Shown: piece after piece, positions 14,992-26,861 of the stretch
Position numbering within the stretch: the first letter of the stretch is position 1
Layout of the letters: each line of letters opens with the position of its first letter
The notes under the pieces: model-generated
The model's database searches: none
What the model saw: only the letters and a program-made list of their open reading frames with translations
What the model was told of the DNA's origin: nothing
DNA from: Acanthaster planci
Taxonomy: Eukaryota
Length of the DNA: 64,000 nucleotides
Assembly (NCBI RefSeq): GCF_001949145.1
Contig: NW_019091360.1
Location: forward strand, 1,609,599-1,673,598
Direction of reading: 5' to 3'
Made by a program: the position numbers and the translations under genes

Positions 14992-15273
14992 AAATTTTTG
15001 GAAAAGAATTCACTTTTGCATTCACATTTCACTAGGAGTGAAAACGATTTCCCACCTCTGGGACAATCTGGGATAGCCCTTTCCCCACTTGTATGAACAT
15101 CTGTGAAAATTGTTTTTCCACCTGTGTGAAAACCTGTGAAGGTTGTTTTCCCACTTGAGTGAAAATCTGTGAAAACTTAACCCACTATGAGATGAGCTTT
15201 GTCACGTTTTGTGAAAAGAAAAGAATGAATTAAAAAGTGTGGAAACATGTTCCCATTCACAGGTTAACTTCAA
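14992..15273 (-). repeat. Dispersed ~280 bp repeat, copy B (inverted relative to copy A)
   Basis: See 2476-2743; also has internal GTGAAA / TTCCCAC sub-repeats. Confidence 0.8.
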
Positions 15274-17708
15274 GTGCTGCATTCTGTGTGCTTGCTTGCC
15301 CATAACCCATTACATGATTTGTCATGTACTGTACTGCTGTTGATTTCTTTTTAGAAGTACCACTGTAGGGCCTGTTGATCTTGATTGATTTTAATGGCTG
15401 ATTTTGATTAAATCTCAGTTTTTCCTGCAAAAAGGAAATTTTGCCGTCAGCTACATGTATTTCCAAATTGTAGGGCAACAGGGATACAAAAAAAGAAATC
15501 AAACTTGGAAAAGCAAACCAAATGTATTTCTATTTGTTTCAAGTAGATGTTTGGGGGCACAAAATGCAGAGTTCCATGCCTGCTGTTGTGAGCGTACAGT
15601 GGGCAGCAGTAGGTACATGTACAGAGTTGATTCATGTATTGCATATTGAAGTGTTACATGTACATGTAGCTGAATGCCATCTGGCGGTTTGCGCACAATC
15701 AGTCGTATCTGTTTGCATTCTGCCAAGCGCTTTGCAGTTGTACACAAACAAGCACTTCTGGGAAAGCCCGTCCATTTTGCCAGTGCTTTTTCGAAAATTA
15801 ATTGATGCTGAGCAAACAGCGGAGAGTTTGACAGCAAAGATCAACAGCTCTGCGCTCTGATGTCCCAGTAACGAGTGCAACCACTTTTTCTTATTCGATA
15901 TGCGAGAGGTCTCATTTGATTGAATTCCTTCCATTTTGGACCACGCAGCTTTCGCCTGATTGAAGTTTGCCCTTTTTGACAGTAATTGTGTCCTCCGCGG
16001 TCAAATCACAGACTGTTTAGTGCTAATGAAGGACACTTGGATGCTGTTTCTTTCTTGTGCCACATACTCAGTGGAAATCTTCTCACATAAAGACATGGCA
16101 GATTTTGTGCACATTCAGTCAAAACTGGCCATAAAAGTGCACTGAACCCTATGCATACAAGGTCCATTGCACATGCTCTCCATTTACTCAAAACTAAACA
16201 TACAGTGTATGTCGTGGATCTGCTGCACATGTAGTCCACTTACAAGGTCTGTCTGCCTGGTGCCTGTGTGTAACCATGCTGCAACATACATGTACATGAT
16301 GGAACCATGCTGTACATGAATGTGAATATCAACTGTAAAAACCAACTTCTACTGATACTAAAAGATTAACCTCCTGTTGATTCAAAAACAAGATTAGGAA
16401 TAGAGGCAACCGTAGAGGTTGGTAGCGATGCAACCGTGACTCGTGCATTTCTTAATTGTTCTTGGACCAGCAAAGTTCAGTTCTGACGAAAGAAAGTAGC
16501 ACCTTCTCTTGGTCTAGCTCAAGGCTCAGAGGGGTAGATGAAGAGATTGCAAGTACCCAAACAGGAGTGGCTGAAAGCCTGTTTGTCCTGGTATTCTCAG
16601 TAAATCCACCTGCACACCAGTCCATCTTCCCCAAGAGCTGGGGATCCAAGCTCGTGCAGTGACTAGCCGGAAACAGACACTTGTTCCTTAATTGAATTTG
16701 CTTCAACTGGCAAATAATGACCATTTATCCTTCCAGTCAGACCTTGCTCCTTAACCCTTAATCAGTGTCAAAAGAAAAGGTTGTTTGTTTTCGCAGTGTG
16801 CAAAAAGTTTCTTTTCTTCTCCAGTACGAGAGCTGCTGGTATTCGTGCTTATTCTTTGGATGGTTTTTCGGTTGAATTCTTTTAAGAGGTGATGTTTATC
16901 GATATACTCTACATGTGAGACACTTCCATTAGTGATTGAAGTATTACACGCTGTTTAGAAAACAGCTCCATCAGTTTGGTTCTGTTGCTTTTGGCTCATT
17001 AGTTATGCAGATACATGTAAATATGTGGCATATTATGCATGTGATTTGCATTGACTGCAGAACATGTAGCTCCGTTGTCACTGTCATATTTCAGGCCTCT
17101 TTTAAGGGAAAATTGAAATACAAGTTTTTCTTGATGATGATCAAACACATTGGAGTTGAGGATTACATGTAGGTACATGTAAGCACCAAAGAGCTACATG
17201 TACATGTATATTCAATGATAGAGTGCTAACGCGTTGTACATGTAAGTTTGGATGCCTGTGGAATGCATAAACTTTGATTTATAGATGTTTATGTGTATTT
17301 GCGGAACATAAGTAAATAGGATTAAATGAATTGTGAAAGATCTGCGGCACTCGAAATGCAGGGAGCAATCACAAATATACACACACGAATAACATGTGTA
17401 CCGTCCGCACATTTTGCTGTCGTTAGCATAATGCAATAAAAAAGCCTCTCGAAAATTCATCTGTTGCACCTCACAATTACTCTTGCCAGACAAGAGCTGT
17501 ACAATGTTTAATGTTCCCTGGGCTTGGATGCGAGCAGCAGGGTTTTCTTTGCACGGCAAGGTAGCGCTGCGGTAATTTAATGTACCACAGCTCTGCGGTA
17601 AGCGCTGAACAATCCTGTGTGGAGTGGATTTGCAAGGCTTGTCATCGTGCACACTTCTCCTAACCCCAGTTTCTTGCCACTTTTCCTTTCTGCCCATTGG
17701 GTCTTTAA

Positions 17709-17972
17709 CGGGCTTTCACACTAGACAAATTCTCTGGGAAATTGCCGGGGAATTTCGGTTGGTCTGTTCACACCACCAAAGAAATATTTACCCCGGGGTT
17801 TAACGTTTTTCCTGGGGAAAAGCAACTGGTATTTCCCTGAAATAGTGTCCCTTGGAGTTACCAGATGGGACTAGTGTGAACAGTTACCGGGGATTTGGTG
17901 GGGTAAAAAATCCCTGGGATCTTCCCCGGGGATTTATTTCCTGGGGATTGGCTCTGTAGTGTGAAAAGGCCT
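17709..17972. mobile_element. MITE with TTTCACACTA/TAGTGTGAAA termini (PIF/Harbinger-like, tentative)
   Basis: Left taa-CGGGCTTTCACACTAG; right TAGTGTGAAAAGGCCT-tta. Internal inverted pair CTGTTCACAC / GTGTGAACAG and many CCCGGGG/CCTGGG sub-repeats; TAA/TTA flanks. Confidence 0.7.
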
Positions 17973-18645
17973 TTAGTTTAATGCTCGCCCGTCACCTCTC
18001 TCAGGCACATTGGTCACGCTGCATGGTCTCTGCCCAGCCCTGACCTATTACTGAACTCCCAATTGGGGAAACCAGAGCTGATTATTGCACGGGTGGTACG
18101 CTTGTTGTCTTTGGGCCGGTCTTCATGGCCCAGCGCACAGCTGAACTCAGCACCAGGGACACACACTCGTTAATTTGAACCACCTTTTCAACCGCCTGGA
18201 ACAGCTGCGATTTCACTAGGATTAATGTGCTTAGTGTCAGTGTCAGGTTGGCTCTTGCTTGTATTCATGCATGAATCAATCCAACGTTCTTGCCTCTTAC
18301 TTAAAACTCTAACCCTGTGGGATCAATGAAATTATTTAGGATCTTGTTGCGTTTACGCCCCCCCAAATAAAAAGCAAACAAAAAGCATGTCTCTTGTTTC
18401 TGGGCCTAGCCTATTTTGACGGCGCAACCGGGAAGTTTTTTTTTTTTGGGGGGGGAGAATACTGAGATGTGAAATTGAAAATAAATACAAAAATGTGTCC
18501 ATTGTGGTTTGAATGTGATGCCAAAAGAATTCAACGGATTCATTCATGCATGCGACTATTGTCAATTTCTTCATTCTATTTGAAACGTGTTGTTTTTAAC
18601 CAAATTTTATGAATAAAAAGTAGCCCCCAATAATTCCCACCTACT

Positions 18646-18750
18646 TGTACCGAACCTGTACAGTGTACATGTACATGTACACTGTACAGGTACGGTACAT
18701 GTACAGTGTACATGTTCAGTGTACATGTACTGTACCTGTACAGTGTACAT
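18646..18750. repeat. Low-complexity array of TA-delimited modules, including a 54-bp near-palindrome (18646-18699)
   Basis: TGTACCGAACCTGTACAGTGTACATGTACATGTACACTGTACAGGTACGGTACA is self-complementary except for one pair. Confidence 0.9.
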
Positions 18751-18957
18751 GAATCTTCCCTGTTTTCAGACACCATGTGTAATAGCAGATCTGGTCCTGT
18801 TTGTTTATTTTCTATTTGTTTTCGGTTAGGGGTGTTAGTTTTTGAGGCTCATGTTTACATGTACATGTGTCAGAGAAACCTTCAGAATTTCTGTGATGGT
18901 GTGAATGGGGTTGGATAGAACAGTTCCTCCAATAATGTACATGTACATTGTAGTAAT

Positions 18958-19293
18958 TATAATAATAATAACAAGCACCTGTAAAGCGCCATCTATCCAG
19001 CAAACCATTCCGAGGCGCTGTATTATCATTATCCCTCCACATTGGGCTCAGCTCCCCTCAGCTCCCCTCAGCTCCCCTTAGCTCCCGCCATTTCGGTGCA
19101 AACAGGTACGGCTAAACATAACCGTTTCTGCCCTCACAGGTACCCATTTACGCCTGGGTGGAGAGAGGCTCTCTCTGTAGGGGTAAAGTGACTTGACCAG
19201 GATCACAACATGCTGTCACCAGCTTGATTCGAACCTTCGATCCTGCGATCAGAAGTTACCGGTACAAACCCTAACCACTAGGCCACATGCCTC
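18958..19293 (-). mobile_element. tRNA-derived SINE, apparently full length
   Basis: Minus strand reads: box A TGGCCTAGTGG; box B GGTTCGAATC; CORE-like GTGATCCTGGTCAAGTCACTTTACC; central CTCTCCACCCAGGCGTAAATGGGTACC; LINE2-like 3' tail AGCGCCTCGG...ATGGCGCTTTACA ending in (TTA)n. Internal (CTCAGCTCCC)x~4 at about 19047-19086. Confidence 0.88.
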
Positions 19294-20003
19294 CTGTGCA
19301 TGTGGCATAGTTGTGGCCTAGTGTACATGTACTGTACTTGCAGGTACATGTAGATGCACGACCAGAGAAAGAGGCGCATAGATAGTAAAACAGTCCTGTT
19401 AGTCACCAGCAAATTTACCAGCCCATTAGTTGAGGCCGTGCCAGTTAGGGTACGGTAGACACATTACACAACTAACTCGCACCGACGGCCTTCCGCTGGG
19501 TCGTCTTAATTGCTGTACAAACTCCAGACTAACCAAGTCGCATCCCGTTGCCGGAAGCAGTGGCAGTTTATCTGAGAAGGAAAGATGCGCGGCCGAGGGT
19601 GCCGGTACCTGGTCTCGCGTGCTGCAGAGAGGGGTGGTCGTAGAGCGGGGAAATGTAAAGACAGGAGATGGCCTTTGGCCTGTTCATTTTGCCCCTGTGG
19701 TCATTTCACTGATGAGAGAGGCTCAGAATAGACTTAGCTGGCAAACAGAGCTATTATCTAAATACACGTAACACACATTTACCAGTACTCTGCAGTTTGA
19801 TTCGTTTTTCTGTTGTACGTTCCTAGATTCATGCAACAGTGTTTGCCTTTCCAAACTAGAAGTGTGTGTCATGTACTGGTGTACACATCTTGGAAAGCTG
19901 TTGCTGCGTATACCGGTACCATACTACCAGTGAATTTGAATTCTTTTGGCATGAGAGACTGTCGTACATTCAGAAGACTGAATTATATGCATGTATCCCT
20001 TGT

Positions 20004-20246
20004 GGCTAATTCCAGAAATTAGGGGCCCAAAAGTGTGACATTTTTATGTCCCTGTTACATCTGACCTTTGTTATTTGACGTGGAAATATCACCGGAATTG
20101 ATGTCAGACTATTACTTTTGTTTGGCAGGTAATTTGCATAAATTCTTCACTCTTGGAAATCACAAAATGTGTTCTGAACTCACAAAATCATACGTCAGAT
20201 GTGACAGGGACACGAAAAAAAGGAGGCCTAATTTCTGGAATAACCC
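20004..20246. mobile_element. MITE with bipartite terminal inverted repeats
   Basis: ATTCCAGAAATTAGG / CCTAATTTCTGGAAT (15/15) plus TGTCCCTGTTACATCTGAC / GTCAGATGTGACAGGGACA (one mismatch). TTGT flanks both ends, and CCCTTGTG occurs at 19997-20004 and 20244-20251. Confidence 0.85.
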
Positions 20247-23200
20247 TTGTGCGTATCTAGATATACCATTGCATGCAATATCACAGTGGTTTATTTTGGG
20301 GTGAATGTTATTGTAGCTTTTTTTACTTGGTGTTTACTGTGTTAGTGTTAACATTCAAAATGTGTATAAAAAAACCAAACCTGACATTCCAAAAGGGTAA
20401 TTGATATTAATGAGGTACCATTCAATTGTCTATCTAGCAGACCACATCTTGTGTAGACTGTAGTTTTGTGTTGTCAGCCGTCTGTGTACATCGTACTTTA
20501 ATCCGGTTCAGCTAAGTGCTTCTTTCTTGGTATTTCCTTAATTATCTTAAAGTGTGATGAATTTGAATCCCTTCAAGAAGAAGGTGTCTTTCCTTCTTTC
20601 TCTCTCTCTGTCTTTAAATTCCTACCCGCCCCGGGGGCACAGCCACGGCTAATGGCATTTTTCTATCTCCATCAGATTTGCCAAACGAGATCCTGCCTAA
20701 AAGGTTTTCGGGCCCTTCCCCTCCTCAAATCTGATCACTGGTCGTATTCGCCCCCACATGCAAGTGGACCGGATGCTTACTGACAAGCTCGTTATGTGTA
20801 CCAAGCCCTCAAAGTGTTTTGTAGCGCACTCAAGAAAACACAAAGACAGCAGCAAATGGACTGATAAAAATGCAGTGCCATCTTAGGACCATGACAAAAG
20901 TGCACGCAGTTTGAAGTTGTCAAAGCTAAGTGATGCAGTTACGCAAACATCACAAGTGGATTTTTCATTAAGATATGTACATCGGTAACACCCATTAAGT
21001 CAGGAAATTTGCCTCATTCTATGCATTTGAAGGGGGTGTTGATAGGGCCTTGGTATCTCATCTAGCTGCCTGTCCTGAGGACAGCCAGACACAAATTTTG
21101 GACCAAGAGTTGTTGCTCGTTGCCAATTTACAAACCCACCATTTTTGACATCAATCTTTAACACTGCAAAGAAGTCTTCACTACTCCTCCCAAAATGCCT
21201 GGCACGGTGGAAATACATGGAAATACATGTACCGGCATGTCCTTGTCCAGAACCTAGGGATTTCAGCTTCATAACTTCTCCTGGGAGGCAGATACTGCAA
21301 TCCTCGATGAAGCCCTGTGGGGACTATGAGCCCCGAGCTGGACCAAGAGGGGGCACGATTTTCTTAGCAAAGGAGGCTCCTTTGGTCGGAACTGCACTTT
21401 GCTGGTTCATGAATGCCTGGGAGAGGCACATATCATGGTCACATCATTTACCAACAAAATGGCCTCTCCCGACCAGCGTGGCTCTTTTCAACCGATGAGG
21501 GGGTGCTTCTGCTCGGATGGTTCTTGACTTTGTTGCTCTGTCAAAAGGAATTAAAAATCAAAATGGCAGGCCTTGCATATCTTAAATCTGCAATTTTGTG
21601 AATACATTATGAATACTGTCAAAACACTAAAAGTAGGGAAAGTGCGGTTGGATTTCTGAGGACCAATATTTGTCGATTTGGGCCCCCTCACTTCCCTGGA
21701 GACATAGTGCCAATTTTTTAATTTTTTACTCCCAAATTGTTTCAAGAATAAAAAAAAAGCGCCATCTTGTTTAGAATAATACTACTATCTGTCTTTTTTT
21801 AGAGGATGAAGGTCAAGATTACTTTTCCAGACTAAAAAACTGAGCATCTGATCTGTTTTAGAGAAATAAAATCTCTTATTTTGCTCCCTGGACTAAAACT
21901 TGGATATGCGACTGTATGTACTGCTGAGATGTACGCAAAGCAAGAGGCTACCAATATGATTGGGTTTTTCTGTTCCTGTTTTTATTGAATCACTTATTAA
22001 CTGAAACAGAAACTCCTGCTCTGGATAATACATGCACCTGACCAGAATAGTCACGGGCTGGTGTCTCCATTCATCGGCAGTGTCAAGTATGCACGAACCA
22101 AAAGGTCAGCCCTTGGGCCATTCCATAAATACACGGAGACAGATCAAAAGGGGAGCAATCATCTGCCGTGAACAAGAAGAGTTGGACCAGCTCCATGTTT
22201 TTGCAGCTCCATGTTTTTTGCCGACACCCCAAACAGAAAGTGTGCCTGATCCAAACGAAATAAGTTTGCAATTTTATCACTTCCGAAGTTACGAATGGGC
22301 AGAGAGTCAAAGCAGAGCTGTGGCAGTGTTTGGGGTACCTGGTATGAATTACCCAAACTGTTTAACATAGCTTTTACAAGAAGTGGATGTTCATATCTTT
22401 CCAGGTCAAACGTTTTTATGGGTTTTCGTGGATCACTTACCTCTGCTCGTTTAAAAAAAAAAGTCAATGTAGGCCTACTGTTTATTGTAATAGTTTACTG
22501 GTTGTCCATCTGTGTGTTTGTATTCAGTGTTTGTAGTTCTCATTTTGGTATGAAAATAAATGTTATTTTTCAATCGAAATTGAATTGAATCTTTAAATTT
22601 GAAAACAACAAAAACTAAGGAAATTGCAATGATTTCTAACCGCCTGCTGCCGCTGGTGTGTAATACGTACATTCATGTACTAACTCTTCCTGTTTTTTAC
22701 TTGATTTATACATTTAATCAAGCGCGTCAGACTTGATGGGGAAAAAATGAACTAAAAAATTCTGAATGATGTACCGCAAACGTCTGGGCGACATCATCGA
22801 GATGGAGCCTGGATATCCGGTGATATACTAACAGCGTTTTTATTACAGGCGAGATGTTTATAACACGATGGCTGCCGTGTTGAGCATCAGTGGACTCGGT
22901 GATCACTATGAAACACGCCATAAAATTGCGGCCGTGAATGAATGCCAGTGATGGATGATGTAAACACGTCCGCCAACAGATCATCTGTGTAGAATTCATC
23001 CAAATGGCCTCAAAATCTCATCAAACCATCAGGGCAACCTGCATGCAACACCAGAGGGGCCCGGAAAAATAATGCTCCCCCAATTTTTTTTTTGTTTCTC
23101 AGACTTAGGTGGGAAATCATTTCTGTATCTGTAGCAAGTCCCTTAAGACTTTGAACACAAATTCAAAATTGTTGGACAGTTTCATTAAAGAGTAATTGCA

Positions 23201-26200
23201 ATCAATTTGTTTTAATAAAAACCTTCAAAATGCACTTTTGTTTCTCATTTAACCTTATTTTCAACTTTTGTTTCGCTACTTCAAAGGGTAGTTTACTGCC
23301 TTTTTGGTGTTAATGTTGAAGAGAATTTCCACATTCATGAGCAAAACTGTGATATCATCCCAGGAAGAAAGCCTCACTGTTGCATTGGTTTGTACTCAGA
23401 AAAGTCCTGCATTTTCAACGGGCATACCTGTGCTCTGAAGCACGTCTCCCCTAGATGACTTCACACCACCAGTGCCCTCTGTTGTCCGGGAAAGCATGGA
23501 TAATTCTAATTGTTTAAAAAGTGCACTTTTCGATGCATGGAATGTAAAAGAATTGTCAAACTGGCACATGGATGAAGAATACAAAATCAACGAAAAATTG
23601 TGTCTTAGAAAAATTGATTGGCACACTTTAATTACACCCAGCCAATATACAAGTTAGGATACAAGTTTGCCTGTCGTCAATCAAACATTGTTTGTAATAA
23701 ACCTGTACTCTTGGGCATACCCAACACCCTTATGTACACAAAGGCTATTACATGTCCTACAGGCTATAGTAGAAATGGTGGTTGTATGAGTGGCTGGCAA
23801 ACGTCTTTGGTTAATTTTTGGCTCTGTAGTCTTTAAGCTTATAAAGACCTCAAGACATTTGACCACAAAGTTATGTTGACAAATTGTGGACAACTCCATC
23901 CCCCCAAAGATTTGCACATGTTTGAAACCTTTCATCATGTCCTTGCAATGCATGAAATTGCTTGGCTAAACTGTGTGACCCCATCTGACCACAACTCTGT
24001 CAGCAGGGCACCCCGAGGGTTGCAAGTCATAACAAAGTGTTCTAGGCATTTGTCTCCGTCCTCCCTCTAGCTCCCCTCCCTCCACCCTCCCATCAGATTC
24101 ACTCCCAGGGACCGGTGTTTCCCAGGTATGGGTCAAAGGTTGTGTGGAGGTCAATCAGGAGGTTCATTCCTCTTGGGTTCAAGTTGTAGCTGCAGTCTCT
24201 GGGGAGGGGCGGCATTGTCTGTGAAACAGACCTCCAGTGGAGGGTTAGTGACCACTGCACCCATTGTGGGGCTTGCTGGTGGCTTTATCGAATTACCTGC
24301 CTCCAACCTCTCTACCCACCAGTTGCGAATATTCACAAAATGGACTCAAGGTAGAGACTTTCATGTCACATGTAGTGTTGTCCAAAAAGTACACTGCACC
24401 GCTACCTGTAATCGATCCGTTATTTATCCAGGAATCAGAGAAGGAGGCTGGTACGGTTTTGCTATTAAAAATGACAAATGGCCTGTAACATCCATGAGCA
24501 TTTATTGTCACAAAAAAAAGCATCTAAAATTTGTTGCTCATAGTGTCAAGCCATATCTCTTACCAAGGCCATCTCAGCTCAACCATTTATACTTTCTTTG
24601 TACTGAAAAAAAAAGTAGAAAAAAATGGGAAAGTACCTTTTGGATATTCCATAAAATGGTGCAGTTCATTTTTGAAAAATGAACAAAGGCTCACAGGTAT
24701 CCACACAAGAGGGCTTTCGATCAGGCTGATACTATGCTGATCCACAACTACAAACAATTCAAAGTTCAAGTTTTTTTATCGGTTGGTGGGGGGGGGAGGT
24801 GAACAGAACGGTGGGGTTCAGTTGCAGCCAACAGACACATGGTCCTACGAGGCCTTAGCAGGGGGCCTGGTCGTAGCTTCGCCTGTTACCAGATCATAGG
24901 AAGTGCTGTACACCACATGTGCCTTTGGTACATATTAGTCTATAGTTTTTGAAAGGTCGACCACAGCTGGTGAACAGTGTGAACAAATTTGGCTTAGTGG
25001 AAACATTTAATACACGGTGCAAGCAAAAGGAGCACTAACCTTTGAAGCGAAACCGGAAAGACAGAGGAGGCCACTCTATTTGGTTTTGAGTTAATATTCT
25101 ACAAGTGAAAAAAAGTAGACTGATAGTGCATAGGTGGACAGATGATGTGGGTGAATATGCATTGTAGCTCAAGTGCTGGAACCGGCTGGAAAAGTGTTCC
25201 CGTCTTCCTGTACTGGATAATTTAACTGATAAGCAGGTTGGGATGACTTGTTTCCAGTAATGATAAGCTATGAAAAGTGTCTTGAGTTGGCTTTGGGCCA
25301 TATGGGAATATACCTACCAGGCAGGTGCCTGGTCATGCAGTGAAGTTTTATTGCAGACCCAAACCTGGGAAATATTGGCCCTGAAAAAGGCTGCCACAGC
25401 TCGGAGAAGACCGGAGAATGACACAGCAGGAGTTGGGATACCAGGACTGGCATAGTGTACGCACGGTGTGCCATTAAGTTAACCGTTACAGTTGTAACCA
25501 TTGACCCACTTGTCAGTGGGGGGGTCTGCCTGTCTCTGTACACAAAGGATTAAAAAGCTGCTGCACGCGGGCCATTGTTGTGCAGCCATATTGATGTGAT
25601 GATCCGGGGCCTGCAAACAATAACGCTCCAAAGGACAAGCGTACATGTGCATGTGGACTGCTGTGTTCTGTTCAGCAGTGCTGATTGCTGTAACCAGCTT
25701 ATAAAAGAGAGCCCACATGTTCAGCATGCTGGGTTTGAACACCGCTAGCTGGCATCGGGGGACACTGTGGCTGATGATATTAATACACGATGAATAGTTT
25801 ATCATTAGCGGTAGATCGGATTGGCTGATGGCCAGGAGTAAAGTGACTAGACGGTTAGAGCCACCACTTACATGTATACCCACCCGACCAGCCGGTGGAT
25901 CACAATGCTTTCATTAGTCTTACATCAGCACAGCCCTTCATTACGACCTGACGACAGCAGGAGACAGCGGTGGCTAAGCGTGGCTGCACCCGGCCGCCCG
26001 TTGACACATATGCAAACACTCGCTTGTCAGATGCACGTGGGTGATAAGACGGGGGCTCATGCGGACCAGCCAACCCCCCCTTAACGGTCATAATATCAGG
26101 CGAGTCTCCCTCTTCCTGGCTGTTTGTGATTGATGGCGCCGCGGTCTGGCGTTGACTTTTTGAGTTGATGGCGGTCATTAGATGATGTGCGCCGGTTTTG

Positions 26201-26825
26201 AAGGAAATTGAAAATGCATCTCTGGCACAATCGAGGATTGTATTAACCTTGGATCACAATGTGCTTGAAGACATGAAGACGGGGACGACCTCAACAAGCT
26301 CGCCATCATTTATGATGTAGCTACATGGTCGGTCCCAGAGTGCAGCTAATGATACATGTATCACATTGCCGCAGCTTCCATTCAAATTTTGTTCGATAAT
26401 TTTTGTTTCATATGAGACTACTCTTAAGGTTGTTTTGGAGAGTAGTGCTTGTACATTTCTTCCTTTTCACCAAGTATTCCGAAGACTTAAGGGAAAGGTC
26501 ACACAGAGATAAGAGCCACGCTCCACGGAAGATTTTTCTCAGCAACTGTAGTAGCTCCTTTTGTGAAGGTTGAAGGGACGTAACACTGAAACTTGAGAGG
26601 CTGTGGCTTTGACAGTCCAGATCATTTTGGCTGGCTTCCCTCAGCCTGGCACGCTGCTCTTTTCTATTTTGAAATCAGACCCGGGCACTGATTAAGTGGC
26701 AGCACCAGAACCTTCTCCATTTGAGGCTGGGCAGAGGAGAGAGAATCACAGCTTGGGCACCAAGCAGAGCTGGTCTTTCCCAGTGAGCAGGCCGTGTGGA
26801 ACTCTGTTGACTTAACAAACCACGG

Positions 26826-26861
26826 CAATCAGGGGAGCTCCCACAATCAGGGGAGCTCTCA
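26826..26861. repeat. 18-bp tandem duplication
   Basis: CAATCAGGGGAGCTCCCA / CAATCAGGGGAGCTCTCA. Confidence 0.85.

Noticed and set aside
18646..18750. CRISPR-like or p53-response-element interpretation of the TACATG arrays
   Set aside because: No constant repeat with unique 25-45 nt spacers and no cas genes in a spliced eukaryotic locus. The CATG cores mostly lack the RRR/YYY flanks of p53 half-sites.
19215..19293. Functional tRNA gene
   Set aside because: Box A and B are present, but there is no closed cloverleaf and the sequence continues into SINE body and tail.
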